A DNA stretch of 62,836 nt, the filler included, from Sphacelaria rigidula (taxonomy: Eukaryota): the NCBI GenBank assembly GCA_964200075.2. It is 3 parts of 3 records of this genome, joined end to end, with 100 filler letters (N's around TTAATTAATTAA, not from the genome) between each part and the next. Parts side by side here need not be neighbours in the genome. Positions count along the whole stretch, not along the records: positions 20,983 to 41,862 come from CAXNAA020000485.1; positions 41,963 to 62,836 come from CAXNAA020000486.1; 1 more part is not named here. One strand, written 5' to 3'. The position numbers and the translations under genes were made by a program. Positions 36,786-50,305 of the stretch are shown here, piece by piece. Every line of letters starts with the position of its first letter. Position 1 is the stretch's first letter. The notes below the pieces were generated by a model. That model had not been told where the DNA came from, did not search any database, and was given only the letters and a program-made list of their open reading frames with translations.

Positions 36786-38049
36786 TGAATCCATTCTGTA
36801 TTGGACGAATGGCGGCCGCATGCGTGTCAAAAACAACCGAAAGCATGTCGTTGCTGACCGTTTTGTAAGCGTGTGCTGCGCGCTCGTCTCATGCGAATCA
36901 TCATTTCTCATTGAATTCTGAACGGATTTGATCAACGTCACGCACAACGTGCACAGCTGATGAGCAGCTAGGGCTCGAGCTGTGTGTTTTTGCTTCTGTG
37001 TTGGGTTGTGTGGTAAGCCTTTGCATGTGCCCCTGTAAACGGGACATATATGTTCCCCTTCGAGGTGCACAGAAATCGTCTCTGGACGAGGGGGTTTTAG
37101 TGCACGTTATTATTTTGACTCGGTTTATATAAGTTGATAAGTTGATACAACGTATAAATTATCTAATCAGCGACGCGTTGATGTGATTGTTAATATAAAT
37201 TAAATCAACTTTTGAATCAACAATCAACCGTGATTTATGAGTTGATATACAATCTTAATCCAAATGGGTGGGTGTGAACGGTTTTCATTACGTAATCCAC
37301 ACTCTCATGACAGGATTACACTTGAACACCCAGCTAATATCATGTTGTCCATGCCGCAACACTTTTCGCGGATCTCTGCACTAGTGGAGGTAGCACTACT
37401 GCATCCGCCTCGTTTGATAGCCAATGGCACTCCGGGAGACAGGTCTTGTACGTGTACATTAAGACGGATCTACTAGTAGTGGCCGGGGATCGTACAGGAA
37501 CACCTACCGAGAACTTACCGGGCAACGACTCCGGTCTGAGCTCATCTGCCTTCCTGCGGGACCTTGCGAACGTGGAACGGCGTCGTGTGGCTATGTAGCC
37601 TGTATGTTATTCACGTGTGCGAGACGCGAGAGCTTCAGTGGATTTATGCTTGATGAATTTCGAGTGTTTTTTTCCGTGCTTCTACTTCTGTGCCGATTAT
37701 GCTCCTTTTCCATCATAACAAGAGAAAATAAAATTGGGAGCGCGATAAAAAGCAGAGCAATCTATGTTATACGAAACAACGGGCTCGGAAAATTTTGTAT
37801 TCACTGGTGGGGAGGTTGGGTCGGCCGAAGAGGACGGTTCGGGCACCCCCGCGCCCACTTCAGAGGCGGTGGAAGCGTGTTATGTTGGGGAGCGATTGTG
37901 TGCAAGGTCAGCAAGTGACTGGGCGCAAATCTAACATGCTGACTTGACCGCTCGAACGACTACTACCATGTATATTTCACAGGGGAAGACGGTACTCTTG
38001 AAGGAAGAGGGAATATCGGTGAATGGCGGGATCGACGGAAAGAACTGAG

Positions 38050-39400
38050 GGCTCCGTTGAAACCAGGAGAACTGTTTGAGCTGGCGGACGGCAGCAAGCT
38101 GCTACCAAAAAAGCTGGCCACCGCGCCCGTGGAGTCGGAGGATCGTTATCCGGGTGTTTTTGAGCGATACCTCGGGGAAGAACATGTGAGAATTCATGTC
38201 CCCTTGATGCTTCGGCCCTGGGTATTTGACCAAATGCACATATACGCAGTGCGTCTGGGAGGAAAATTGACTCTTTTCTGCGATGATATTATTGGTGGAT
38301 AGGCATTAAGGAAAGTGTGAAATTCTCGATCCGACGCTGCTCCTCATGCCAGGCGAAGAAATCTGATCGGTATACTGTGCGGTGGCCCCTAGTCTCGCTG
38401 CCACCACCTAGTCGGCCAGGGCAGTTGGTACATTTTTATCGTCTGAGCCATCTGCCTCGAACAAAGAGGTAACAGGCACATTTTCCTCATGGTGGATCCG
38501 CTCAGAAGACACGCGGAAGCTCACGCCATCACCCCTGAAGAGCACGCGGCAACCGGGTGTGCTGCAATCATAGTGGGGGATATGTGCTACGATGGGGTTG
38601 GGCGCACACTTTCTTGTCGCATCGGGGGGCGGAGTTCACTTGCGCTGTATGTAGATCGGTCTACGAAATAGTGGGTGTTGTGAAACGGTTCACAAGCTCT
38701 CATCATCCTCAGACGAATAGAATGGTGGAGCAATTGAATCACACTTTGTGTCAAATGCTGTCTTATTTGGTGATGGACGATCAAAGTAACTGGGATGAGT
38801 CCCTGATGCATGCGATCTCAGCACACAATAATGATTTCAGTAGGGATACTGCGTTGTCTCCTAATGAAGTACATATTCGACGCTACCCGCGTATACCGAT
38901 GATCATTCTGGAGGGTCGTGGGGTGCAGGGGCACCAGGGTTTGAAGGCCAATCTGTTGGATTATCTTCAGCCGATGGGAGAACGGCAGGTAAAAGGCGAA
39001 TGAATTGATGAGGCAGGAGAATTTTCTAAACAAAGCCAAACACGAAGCAAAAAACCAGGGAATGAAGAAATTGCTAATCGCTAGCCCAAATGGGAAGCGG
39101 GTCAGTGGGTGTTCGTGTATGACGATAAAAGCACCATCGCTGCGGGGAGGAAGGCCGGACGTCCTTGGCTCTGTCAGCAAAGCTGGCTTAGTGTTGGACG
39201 GGGCCTTCCAAAATTTTATTCGTGGGACCGGGGGTAACGCCGGAGGGTGAACACGTGGGTAAAAAACTACTGTTGTTGGAGGTTCGTCGAAACGAGCCAG
39301 GTGTCAACATGAATTCCAGGGTTCAGTGGCGAGGTGTAAGAGGTGTTACAATCCCCATGAGGAGGCGGACAAACCGAGCTTTTTTCCTTGTAGCGTTCCC
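38050..39400 (+). mobile_element. Degenerate Ty3/Gypsy integrase fragment
   Basis: Zn-finger CSSC (38338), PLVSLPPPSRPGQLV, core FLSHRGAEFT..FTSSHHPQTNRMVEQLNHTLCQML..NWDESL; frameshifts and stops. Confidence 0.85.
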
Positions 39401-40098
39401 AATCCTATCAGTATAATAAGAGGAGGCCACTGCGCACCCGTGCTAATCGGTCGTTAAGACTTGTTCGGATAGAAAAATATGGTTTGCTTGGCTGAGATCT
39501 GAGACTCATGCCTCCCCTTTTCATGATGAGGAGAGGCAGTACGTAATTTGTGATGCCCGGGCAAGATGTTTTCCCTGCTTATGGCCTCTGATTCAAATAT
39601 CATGCCACGGCATCGATTTGATCCATACTGCTCCACAAGTTTTTCATGTACGAGAGAAGTAGCATGTACTTGTGATGTCCGGGTAACATGTCTTCCTCTT
39701 CATCGCCCCTCAACATATTCCATTGTCGTGGCATCGCTTTGTTTATTAATTCCCCATAACATCCACAGTGATGCCGAGTTGACGTTTCGCCGGATTCACG
39801 ATAGCGCGGACCGACAAGCGAGGCAGATCGATGCAACAAGACGCCGTAGGTGTGTTATCTGAAAATAGGTCAGTTGAAGCGTTTTCAATCATTGCACCAC
39901 CCAGGAGGCCACTGTGCACCCGTACTGACCGGTCGGTAAGACTCGCTTGGTTGGAAACACATGGCTTACTTGGCTGAGTAGATGAAAACGAACACGGCTT
40001 CCCCTCCACTTTCCAAAATTTCGTTGATACCTAACACTGAGCTTTTGATCCTGGACAGAACTGATCATAACTCGTTCCGTTTCCATCAGCACTGTCAA

Positions 40099-40438
40099 GC
40101 CGGTCGCCCCGGTGGCTCAGTTGGTAAACTTGAAACCCTCTGACGGTTGGGTCGTGAGTTCAAATCTCGGTGCAGTCACACGATCTGGGATTTTTTCTGA
40201 CACCATGCTTAACAGTGGAGAGCGACCATGTCGTGGGTACACAAAATATCGACTTCACGGTCGACGAGGGAAAGGGAGTGCAGAACCCCTCTCATGAAAA
40301 AAAACAAGGCATGCACCGCAGAAGGAAAAGGGAGTACTAAAACAAAAGAAAAAAAGAACCCTGGCTGATGTGCCCACATATACCGAAAGATGTAGACTGG
40401 CGTCCAGAGTAAAGGGGATGACAACACAACACACAAAC
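40099..40438 (+). mobile_element. tRNA-derived SINE family A, full length
   Basis: A-box TGGCTCAGTTGG, B-box GAGTTCAAATC, CA-rich tail. Confidence 0.8.
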
Positions 40439-40787
40439 TGTGTGTGCTGTCATCCCTTCTATTATGGACGCCAGTCCATACCTTCCGGTACATGTGGGCG
40501 CATCAGCCGCGGGCACGCAGAGAAGGGCCAGCACAGGAGCTTAAGCTTTATATTTCTTCTGAGTACTCCACCTAACTTCTGCGGTGCTTGCCTTCCTTTT
40601 TACCGCGAGATGAGTCCAGCGATCTCTTCCGTCGTCGACCCTGAAGTCGAACTCGGTGTAATCACGACGTAGTCGCTCTCCACTGTTGGGTATGGTGTGA
40701 GAAAAAATCCCAGGTCTTTCCCGAGATTCGAACCCACGTCCCGACCGTCAGAAGATTTTGAGGCTACCAACTGAGCCACTGGGGCGA
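40439..40787 (-). mobile_element. tRNA-derived SINE family A, full length, inverted
   Basis: Reverse complement reads TCGCCCCAGTGGCTCAGTTGG...GGTTCGAATCTC...; CA tail abuts the tail of the + copy. Confidence 0.8.
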
Positions 40788-41862
40788 TAGATGGCGATTC
40801 AGCAGGTGACCTACCCTCGCGGTCAAATAAGATGGGGTTAACTATCCTTGTTCCACCAGTGTTTTCGTTGGGTGCACATTGCTCTGCACTGTAGTACTGA
40901 ACGCTATTACCGTTCTGCCCCTTTCTCTATATGCGTGACGACCAGTACTGTATCCGTTGCTTGAACCAATCGTCGACGATGCCACAGCTGTCCGTTGGTG
41001 GTTGAAGAGCCTAGCTTAACCCTGAAACCCCGAGATCGCAACAGTACAACGGTGTTCCACAACCCACCGGATCACAAAAGACCGACGCGCTGTGAGTTGT
41101 GCGTCCAGTCATTGTTTCGATGCAAAGAGACACGGAAACCATTTCCGGCGAAAAACGGGCGTGGTCGTTGTGGTGTCTGTGGATGGCAAATGAGCGGGAA
41201 AAGAGCCGAATGTGTGGGCGCCATGGTTGGAGTTGGCGCGTAGACCCCCTTGCGCGCGATGTGCCGCATCAGGTACAGTGTAGAGAGCGATGGCCAAGCA
41301 AAGGTACGTATTCGGCCAATTGGTGGCCCAGATAAGGTGCGATTGGAAAATGATTCCTAGATTAGGTATACCTCCGCGAAATTCGGCCTACAAAAGGTAA
41401 GCGGTTTCTGGAGGCGAGACGTCCGTTTTCGCGTGGCCATATCTCTCGAGTAACCGTTTTTTTCCCGTTTTCTTCGAGGCCCGGGTGCCAATGCCCCCCC
41501 CAAATGATATGCGTGAAAAGTTCGGAGTGAAAACGGTCGAAATGGCGTGTTATGCTGTTTTCGCGTTTCTGGCCATTTTTCGTCCCTTTCTTGGGCAAAG
41601 AACGAAAAGGTTCACCTATTCTGAGCCATTGCCCATTTACTGTTGTGCGTTCAATATATCAAGGCTCGCGACATACTATATATCGACGGAACAGTATATC
41701 ACGACACGCGCAACCTCAATACGAGCTGTGCCAGCCTGGAACCGGATTCAAGCTCAAGCAATTTCTCATCGACACAGACGAGTTGGGCCGTGATCCGCAT
41801 ATCGTATTAATCGTCCAATCAAGGGGAAGGTGCCCATCTGCTCCAAAGTCTGCCCCACTATT

Positions 41863-41961
41863 NNNNNNNNNNNNNNNNNNNNNNNNNNNNNNNNNNNNNN
41901 NNNNNNTTAATTAATTAANNNNNNNNNNNNNNNNNNNNNNNNNNNNNNNNNNNNNNNNNNN
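41863..41961. other. Assembly gap with artificial TTAATTAATTAA linker
   Basis: N-run with central TTAATTAATTAA. Confidence 0.95.
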
Positions 41962-43710
41962 NCCCCTTTCGATACGGAGCACCGTTCCTACTCCTAATAG
42001 AGGCACCTTCAACATTCCGGCGCTCATTACATTTCTCCCATACATTACACAAAAACCTCTTACATATCTTATCCCTGTCCTGTTTCGCCGTCTGTGGCCA
42101 CCATCTACCTCCTAGTATTGACATCGTCTTCTCCCTACTGTCTAATGCATCAAAAGATTTCATATCATCTTCGTTGACGTCCCGCATTTCCCCCTCTAGC
42201 ACGTCCCGTTCCTCCTTGTATAGTTCACATTCTGCCACTATATTACCTTTGCTCTCTATTGCCTCGCCACGGGAATAATTCCGTGTACTTACCTCCTCCT
42301 CCTTTCAACGACTGGTATTTCTCTTTCTTCTTTCTGGCAGATCCAGGTTTCCCACCCGAACCACCGTTTCAGATTTTTCGCAGCGTCCATGGGGCCGTGC
42401 GAATTTGCTGTCATCCCTATCCCCTCTCTCAACCCCCCGTATATCTCCAGGTGTTCTTCCCCGTCTACTTTGCGTCTGAGCGCTCCTTTTTCCCATATTT
42501 CGATCATATCTCTTACTTTTGCCTTGTACCCCACGCCTTCACCTACGGACAGTATTTCGTCTTAGTTTCCTCCTAGCTCCTTCTATACTTTCTCGACTTA
42601 TTTAATCACCTTATTCCAGTCCGCCCTTTCTTACTTTTCTTCCATACAGCCCCATCAACTATAGCTGGCAATCTCTTTCTCTGCATGTCCTTTACGCTAT
42701 ATTGCCACCGTTATTTGACCATGTCTCTGTTTTAGGTGAGTACATTCCGAACTCTGCTCTCAAAACTGTATTACTCGTCGTTTTGGAGCATCCAAGTATC
42801 TTCTTAGCTTCTGCCATCTGTACTGTTTCGAACCTCTCCATCAACTTCACGTTCCCCTCTCATACTTCTCCCGCATATTCCAGCTTTGGTACGATCACGT
42901 TCATCAGGATACATATCTTAATCTTAGTGACTAGGGACGAGTCTCTGAGGATCAAATCCATCCTGCCTATCTATGCCTTACCCTCTTCTATTATTTTGTT
43001 CGTGTGTGCATCCGAAGAACAGTGTTTGGAGATTTCTACGCCAAGGTATGTATATTGGTCTACGATCGGCAATTCCTCTTCTTCTCACTTCCATTTGAAC
43101 TCTACCAGCTTTTTCTTATCTTCGTTACAGACGAGTACCGCGCATTCTTTAACGTTCGCTGTCACCCTCCATTTTTTAGCGTATTCTAGCGCCTTGTCTA
43201 TCTGTTTCTGTGTCTTTCTTGTGTTCCTGAAATCCACACAAAATCATCTGCGAACATCAATCCTGATACCATATCTTTACCCACCTTGACTCCTTGATTT
43301 GCTGCTTCTGTTGCTAGTATCACGTCATCATTAAATACCTCGAATAAAGTAGGTGATGACGTACACCCTTGTGAACTCCTTGTACGATATCGAAATATTG
43401 CGATATTTCCCGTCTAGCATCATGGTACTTTTGGCATATTCTGCCATCTTCTTCACCATTCTCCATATCTTTCCTCTGATCCCAGCTTCTCACAACTTCC
43501 ACAACCCATTTCTCCAGACTGTGCCATAAGCCTTTTGCGCGTCTAGAATGAAGCAGGACGATATCAGCCCGACGTTTTTCCTACCCTGAATATTCTTACC
43601 TAGTGTGTACACATAGTGTACGCAACTACGCTTTGGCCTAATCCTCCTTGCCCCTCGTTGACTTTGTCTTCTTTTTCAAGCATCGTTCCTACTCCATCGT
43701 TCGGAATCTC
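41962..43710 (-). mobile_element. Degenerate non-LTR retrotransposon (LINE) reverse transcriptase and C-terminal region
   Basis: Minus-strand CFILDAQKAYGTVWRNGL, FDIVQGV and MFADD (43243-43257); C-terminal ...ECELYKEERD..; multiple frameshifts; runs into gap. Confidence 0.85.
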
Positions 43711-45803
43711 AAAGAGGTGGGAGCGAGGGGAGGGGGGGAAGGGGAGTAGCGACAATGAGTATCCCCGTACTCAACCCGTACTCATTCGCCAACATTTGAT
43801 ATCGGCCTCGTTATAAAATAAACAGCAGTGAATTCGCCAATCCCATGCGTTATTTGGAACTCTCACTTTCGCGTGTTACTCTCGCTACCCCTCACGACGC
43901 GTATGATGCAGCCAACATGATTCAGCGAGGGTGAACGGGAGGGGTGGGGATAGGCAGAAGGAGGCGTTTTCACGTCCAAATAAATCAACTCACAGAAAAA
44001 GCACTGTTGGGGGTAAGCGGGCAAAAAAAATGTTGTATCCGTACACACATATACACATGAAATACGCAAATCCTTCAACAAGCTCAGAAAAATGACTGTA
44101 TCGCCTTTCGCTGCCTCCAGTCCGGGCGCACAGCGGTACACGACGATACCACTATCTCCTGGCGACAGACACGTGCACGGACGGGTAGACACGACAGCCC
44201 TCGTTACCGATCATACTCAAGGAGGACAAGCAATAGAGCTGACTCCTGCCTACATCTACGGTATGTTCCCGGTCTCGAGCCTGTACATATCTCACCTTTA
44301 TCCGCCCCGAAGCTTCCGCGTCCTCCACCATTCGGACAGCAATGCGGTCCTGCACAGGATATTGGAGAAAAGCGAGAATATCGGGTCCGTTGCGTCATCG
44401 CACCAAACGCAAGACAGGCACAGTGTAATCATTCATGACAAACTAATCCCCTCCCGTCACAGGTGAAGGGGTATACATGTAGCGGGTACTCGAGCAGCTA
44501 AACAAAATGGTGTCTACCGCATATCACCGTCTGTCGCGTCGCGGAGGGGGGCGATGGAAGCCACACCAAAGTATGTTGGCTCGGGTTCTATTATCAGTGT
44601 TAGAATTCAATGAACCCGATCGCGTGCGGCCCTGATCGAAGATGAATGAGCGAGTTTGCACCCTCAAGGCGGGTCCGGTCGATTGGGCGACAGCACTGCC
44701 ATCACGAGGTGAAAGCAGCATATGTACATTTGTTCCGGCTCTTGTGAACAAGAGCGATGCGGTGCAGAAGTGTGTCGTTTTTTAGCACCGTAGTGTGCAG
44801 TTCATGAACAACCCTGTGACTGCGAGGGAGTCCAGATGAAAAAGATATGTGCGTTGACTTCAGGGGGGTTCGGAATCCATTGTTCAGATGTACCAGGGGG
44901 TTTCGGCCTCATCGTCCACAGACCTTGTCAGACGTCGTCGAGTTAGTTTTCCAGACATCCTAGACTGAACAGCTGTCATGTTCGGGTTAATCGAGTTACC
45001 CTTACAATAACCGATCATCAGGACCGCAGGGTTGTGCAGGCGGTACCATGTTGCTTACTGCTCTCTGCCATCCGTGTTCTCCCTCACCCATCGCTGCACA
45101 GATGAGAGAATGCTGTCTTCTGGTGAGGTTTAGCAGCCCAACAGGTCGCTAATCGTGACATCAGTACTGTCTTTAACCCGGCCTTGGGCCTTGAGTCGCT
45201 GAGGCCAGGTCGGGCCCGTTAATGGCAGCGACTCCTCGAGGGATACAGCAATCACCGCGTACGGAGACTCAGTGACATCTACCGTCGAACTGCTCCATGC
45301 ACAGTCGTGCGGAGACTAGGTGACTCCCACTGTCTAACTACTTTGCGCGCACGCTGTGCGGTGGATGCAACTCGAGACAGTCGACCCCCATGGCTGTGGC
45401 CCCAAGCTGCCGAGGCCGGGTCGAGCCAGCTGAGTGCAGCGACCGCTGGAAGGGTACAGCACTGAGCTTGTGCGGAGAATAAGCGACTCACTGTCAAACT
45501 GCTCAATGTCACGGTGGTGCGGGACTGAGTGACAACTACAGTGAAACTGCTTGCACCATACGGTGGATATCACCTGTAACATTGCTGTTACATGGGGTTG
45601 AAATCGGAACACACCCTGCCCCTGTCGGCCGGGGCCGCTGACCTATAATATCACCATCACCGACAGCACTCTCGTTGTGGCTCTAATAGCAGGGGCAGCG
45701 TGCGTGTAAGCATCAAGATCGACTCCGTGAAGGTCGGAGTGCGCGGGGCCCGCCGAACCCCGTTGGGAGAAACAAGGCAAACCGACGTAGGCGGGAGAAA
45801 GCG

Positions 45804-45805
<2 letters not shown>

Positions 45806-45852
<47 letters not shown>
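45806..45852 (+). repeat. (GA)n microsatellite
   Basis: Perfect AG run of about 46 nt. Confidence 0.95.
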
Positions 45853-45855
<3 letters not shown>

Positions 45856-45973
45856 CGCACAAGTAGTGGGTCGGACACCTAGAAAGAGGGCTACAGAGAA
45901 AAAGAAGCAGAAAAGGAAATACAGGCCAGCTTGACAACAAGCCAAAGCACAGGCAAGCATCTACCGCTGTTCT

Positions 45974-48900
45974 GTGTGTGCCGTGCCGCGATCCAAGAAG
46001 CTGGTGGTTTCCACCTGGAACGTACGAACCATGGCTGAGGGAGGAACCAACGGTCGGGCCACGCAGAGGATGTGCAGCTATTTGCCCAGTATGGCTTGTG
46101 ATTCCCTCGCCCTACAAGAGACCCGTCGCGATGGAACAAACACCTTCCAAGCGCTAACCGCTGGGTACCTCATCTATTGCATCGGTCACTGGAAAGGAGA
46201 CGAGCGAAAACCGGGAATGCTCGGAGTCGCCCTTGCCAGTCAGGAGTCTATCTTCAGCGAACTAGGCCCAGAAGACATCATCCCCGAGCACATCAGTTCA
46301 AGGATGCTGAGTGCGAATAGATTTCAGACATGAAGTTGCAACGACCTTCGTTGTGGGGTATGCTCCCAGTGAGATAGTAGCCGCTTCTGGAAATACCAAG
46401 GTCTGGAAAACACTCGGTAGTTTCATGGTTGAATTGCCCACCAGCGAGCACCTGATATTCTTGATGGGTGCCAACGCTCGCGCCGGAAATAGTGATGAAG
46501 GCGGCTTGGGAAGAATATCAGACCTGGGGAGAAGATCGGAGACACTCTCAATGACAACAGCATAGGACTGCTGGCATGCGCTGCAGAAAATAAAGTAGCA
46601 ATCACCAACATTGTTTTGGCACGCCATCTAGCAGGGAAAGCTCAGCCGCGTACAAATATGAAGTGTCGAAAAACGGACACCGCTGGCGCCTGGACTACAT
46701 CCTGGTACGCCAGCAAGACCGAAGACTCGTTCGAAACTTCACTATACACCCCGAGATGGGATCAAATGATCGACTGGTTTCAGCCCCTACCCGTCTCCTT
46801 GGACGAAGCGCGCCCAACCGCCCGCCAAACTCGAGAGGTAAGGGAAGCGGAGTGAATTTCGAGCGGTCTCATCCGACAGGCGCTGCAGAGCGATTGTATT
46901 GCAGTGTCGCCAAGCTCCCGAATGCCCCCGACACAGCCAAAGTCCTGGACGTCATCGGTATTCCCTCAACCATTACCAACGCCCTGCGACAGACGGCCGC
47001 GGATGCATTCCCTAGCTGCCCGAAAAACTCCCTAGAGGTCCCAGTGAGTCGTCACAGGCTCAGGAACGCTTCCAAGAGGCATGTAATGTAAGGGAACACA
47101 AATGAGAGCAACTACGCGCCAGCCTCAGGGACGTTGACGTGAAAACGGCGATGCAAGTTACAGACAACGCGTTCAACCAGATGAAGGAAGCAGAACTACA
47201 TACTTACATACACGAGTTCATCACCAGGATAGCGGAGTTTCTACGCAAGAAGGACCACGCAGGACTGTACCAGTATACCACGTCCTTGGAATTGGAAGGA
47301 AAGAAGGAGCGCGGCGGAACCTGCATCAGGAGCGCGGTAGTCGACTTGTTACGGGACAAGCAAGCTATCCCACATCGGTGGAAAGAGTGGATTGAAACAC
47401 TGCTGAAGTGACGTGATCTCGGCTACGCTCGATCCCTCCGTCATCGATCTCATCAAGCGGATGCCCGAGGACCCACCCTTGGTGACCGAGACCTCCATGG
47501 GAGAAGTGAAGGAAGCAGTGGGCAAGCTGACGTACGGTACAGCCATTGGGACTGATAACTTGTGAGGCGAATCATTGAAGCTCGGCATCACCGAGGACTC
47601 CGTCATAATGAAGTGCCTCCACAACATCATGCTCACAGTGTGGCGTCAGGAAGTAGTGCCACAGGAATGGTCAGACGCTGTCGACGAGGTGTTATACAAG
47701 AAAAATAATCCGAACGAATGTGCAAACCATCGTCGCATCACGCTAGGGTCCGACGTGGGCAAGGTAGTTTTAAAGATGGCTGCGACTCGCCGCAGCGCGT
47801 ACTGCGAGTGGGAGGAATCCTACCAGAGGCTCAATGCGGTTTTTGACCTGGCCGGTCGACAATAGATATGATGTACGTGGTGCGCAGAATCCAAGGACTG
47901 GTCAAAGAAAAAAATCTGCCAACATACGTGTGTTTCATCGACTTCCAGGAATAGTACAACTAAGTTGACCGTTCTCTTCTCTGGAAAGTGTTAGCAAGAT
48001 ACTACCCCGTCAAGATATTCTCCAATCATCCGCTAATTCCATGGCGGTATGCGGGCGTGCTTGCGCCTTGATAGCGGTGAGGGTTCTAAGCGGTTTCACG
48101 TTAAGCAGGGCCTTCGCCAAGGCTGTGATCGCCCCCGGTATCTTCAACATATTCTTGCGGCGGTCCTGACGGTGACGTTCGACCGCTTCTCGATCGATAA
48201 AACGGTGGTGTAGGACTTCACTCGTATCGCCGCCAGCGGCGGGAAGACCAGGAAAGAGCTCAGCGGTGCTCTGGGCCATGCTGTACGCCGACGAGGCTGG
48301 TATCGCATCGACATCTCAACAAAGTTTGAAAAAGATGATGGCCGCCATCGGCGAAGTCTGTGCAGCGTTCGTTCTCGTCGTGGTGGAAAATAAGACGGAA
48401 ACTATGCACATGCGCCCCCAAGAATAAAGGCGGATGTGGTCGAGGTGGAGGCGCCAGGCTAAAGGTACGAGCAAGTTGAGTTCTTCGTCCATCTCAACGG
48501 CAAAATCAACAGCATCGGCGATAACATCTTTGACGTCGAATGCCGCAGTGGTCGGGATTGGGAGTGCTTCGGCGAATGTAGCAGAGCGATATACGAAAAT
48601 CCGCACATGGCCCTGGTCGTGAAGATCCGGTTCCTGGAAAAATGATCGAGGTCGTGCTGTACGGCTGCGTGACCTGGACACTCGTGCCCCATGATTTCAG
48701 CCCGATGCGGGAAGCCCACCGCGGGTTCCTGCTCGGGTACCTCAGCGAGTACACATCAAGTCGCAACGATCCCTACAACCACATGTTGTCATACCGCGAG
48801 GTCCTCGAGAGGACTGACTGCGACTGTATCCACACTACCGTGATGAAGCAAATCTTCCCATACGCCGGCTGGGTCGCGCACATGCACGACGAGCGCCCCC

Positions 48901-49181
48901 ACAACATCGTCATGCGTGGAGTAATGGTCGGGGGGGGAAGTAAACCAGGCCAACCCGCGAAAAGCTTGCAACACCATGTCGTTGAGTGCTGCGCCACATT
49001 CGAAATCGAGATCACATCATGGATGCAGACCGCCCAAGATGCTTCCAAGTGGTACCGGGTTGTAGAGGAAGGAGCTGAGAAGTGCATGACAGGATGGACC
49101 AGCGCGCGCCACGCAAAGGAACTTGTTGCTGTGTTACCACTAGAGTTCTCTCAGTACCTTCAGAAGGTCGCCGAAACGTAA
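45974..49181 (+). mobile_element. Degenerate LINE (RTE-like) with APE endonuclease and reverse transcriptase
   Basis: Endonuclease motifs STWNVRTM, LALQETR, VVGYAP, LMGANAR, RLDYILV. RT region YKKNNPNECANHRRITL, VKQGLRQG, LWAMLYADE (48281), VLYGCVTW, YAGWVAHMHDERP. Many stops and frameshifts. Confidence 0.88.
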
Positions 49182-50266
49182 CGGGTAGCCCATCATGTAA
49201 TATACTCGTTATTGAGTGCCGATTTGGCGTTTTTTCTTTTCGCTCTTTCTTTTCTCTTCCCCGGTGGGTACCTGATGATGTTTGACTCGCATGGTGTCCA
49301 CACAGTTTCTCTTTGTTTTGTTGGTACATTACATTTGTTTGTTTCACCGCACCCCTACGAACACGGGGGAGGCTTTGTCTCGTCTCCTCTTTTGACGCCT
49401 CTCTCTTGTTGCTTGTTTCTATTTCTTGTTTCTGTTTTCGAAGTCTCGGAAACAACCGTGCAATGGGCGTTTCTATCCTGTGTAAGGAAGAGCGGTGGGG
49501 GTACTGGAAAGGCGAGTCTACGTCTGTCATCACGGGTTCGAGAGATCGGGCTAATGTACGGAAAATAATAAAAATAACAAAAATGATGCCGTGAGATGTC
49601 CCTAACTTGTCAGTCAGTATGTAGAGCAGCGTGACCATGCCCTTCCTGAGCGTGCGATTTGATTCGCCTGTTTCCTGGGCCGTACTGGGGTCCCTCCAAC
49701 ACGTCCCGCGCATCTAAAAAAAGGTACACCTCTCCCCTGTTCGCTCACGGGATTCACCAACGGCACTATGGTTCCGTAACGCGGTTTGTAACAAACGGTA
49801 AAGAGATTAGACGACGATCCATTTCGTCATCTTCTTCTGCGAGATGACTGGTAGGGAAGAGCTTTTGTAGCACCATAAGGGCGCTGTGTGGATGTATGGT
49901 CACAGTCGACACGTTTACAAAGCGTCAAACATGTACTATAAAGAAGGCTCACAATCAAGACAACAGCGTTTTGGTAGGACCTGATCAGCCATGGATGGTG
50001 TGAAGTGCACGAAAATATAGGCAGATCTATATCGACGGAAAGCAGAAAGGGCACCGTGTAGTGATATGTACCCGAATAAGGGCACATTGCAGCTGTACTG
50101 AATAAAATTACGATCATACCACGCCCCGATGTGCATGCAGTGTCCCTACCCGTAGAGCCAAGACCACTAAAAAATGAAACATATACCCCATCGACCAAAA
50201 AAGTAACATTTCTCAACGTTGCAGCCTACTTCTTGCCCACCATACGCGAAAGTTAAACGACAACTT

Positions 50267-50305
50267 CAACCAACCAACCAACCAACCAATCAACCAACCA
50301 ACCAA
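50267..50305 (+). repeat. (AACC)n microsatellite
   Basis: CAACCAACCAACC... about 9 units. Confidence 0.9.

Noticed and set aside
40105-40180. tRNA gene candidates (also at 12420, 29445, 40715-40787, 56745, 58858)
   Set aside because: A/B boxes are present, but each is followed by the same non-tRNA body and lacks a clean cloverleaf. They are SINE heads.
42702-43289. 195-aa plus-strand ORF
   Set aside because: Antisense to the decayed LINE reverse transcriptase.
49012-49713. 233-aa minus-strand ORF
   Set aside because: Low complexity, partly antisense to the LINE 3' end, no recognisable motif.
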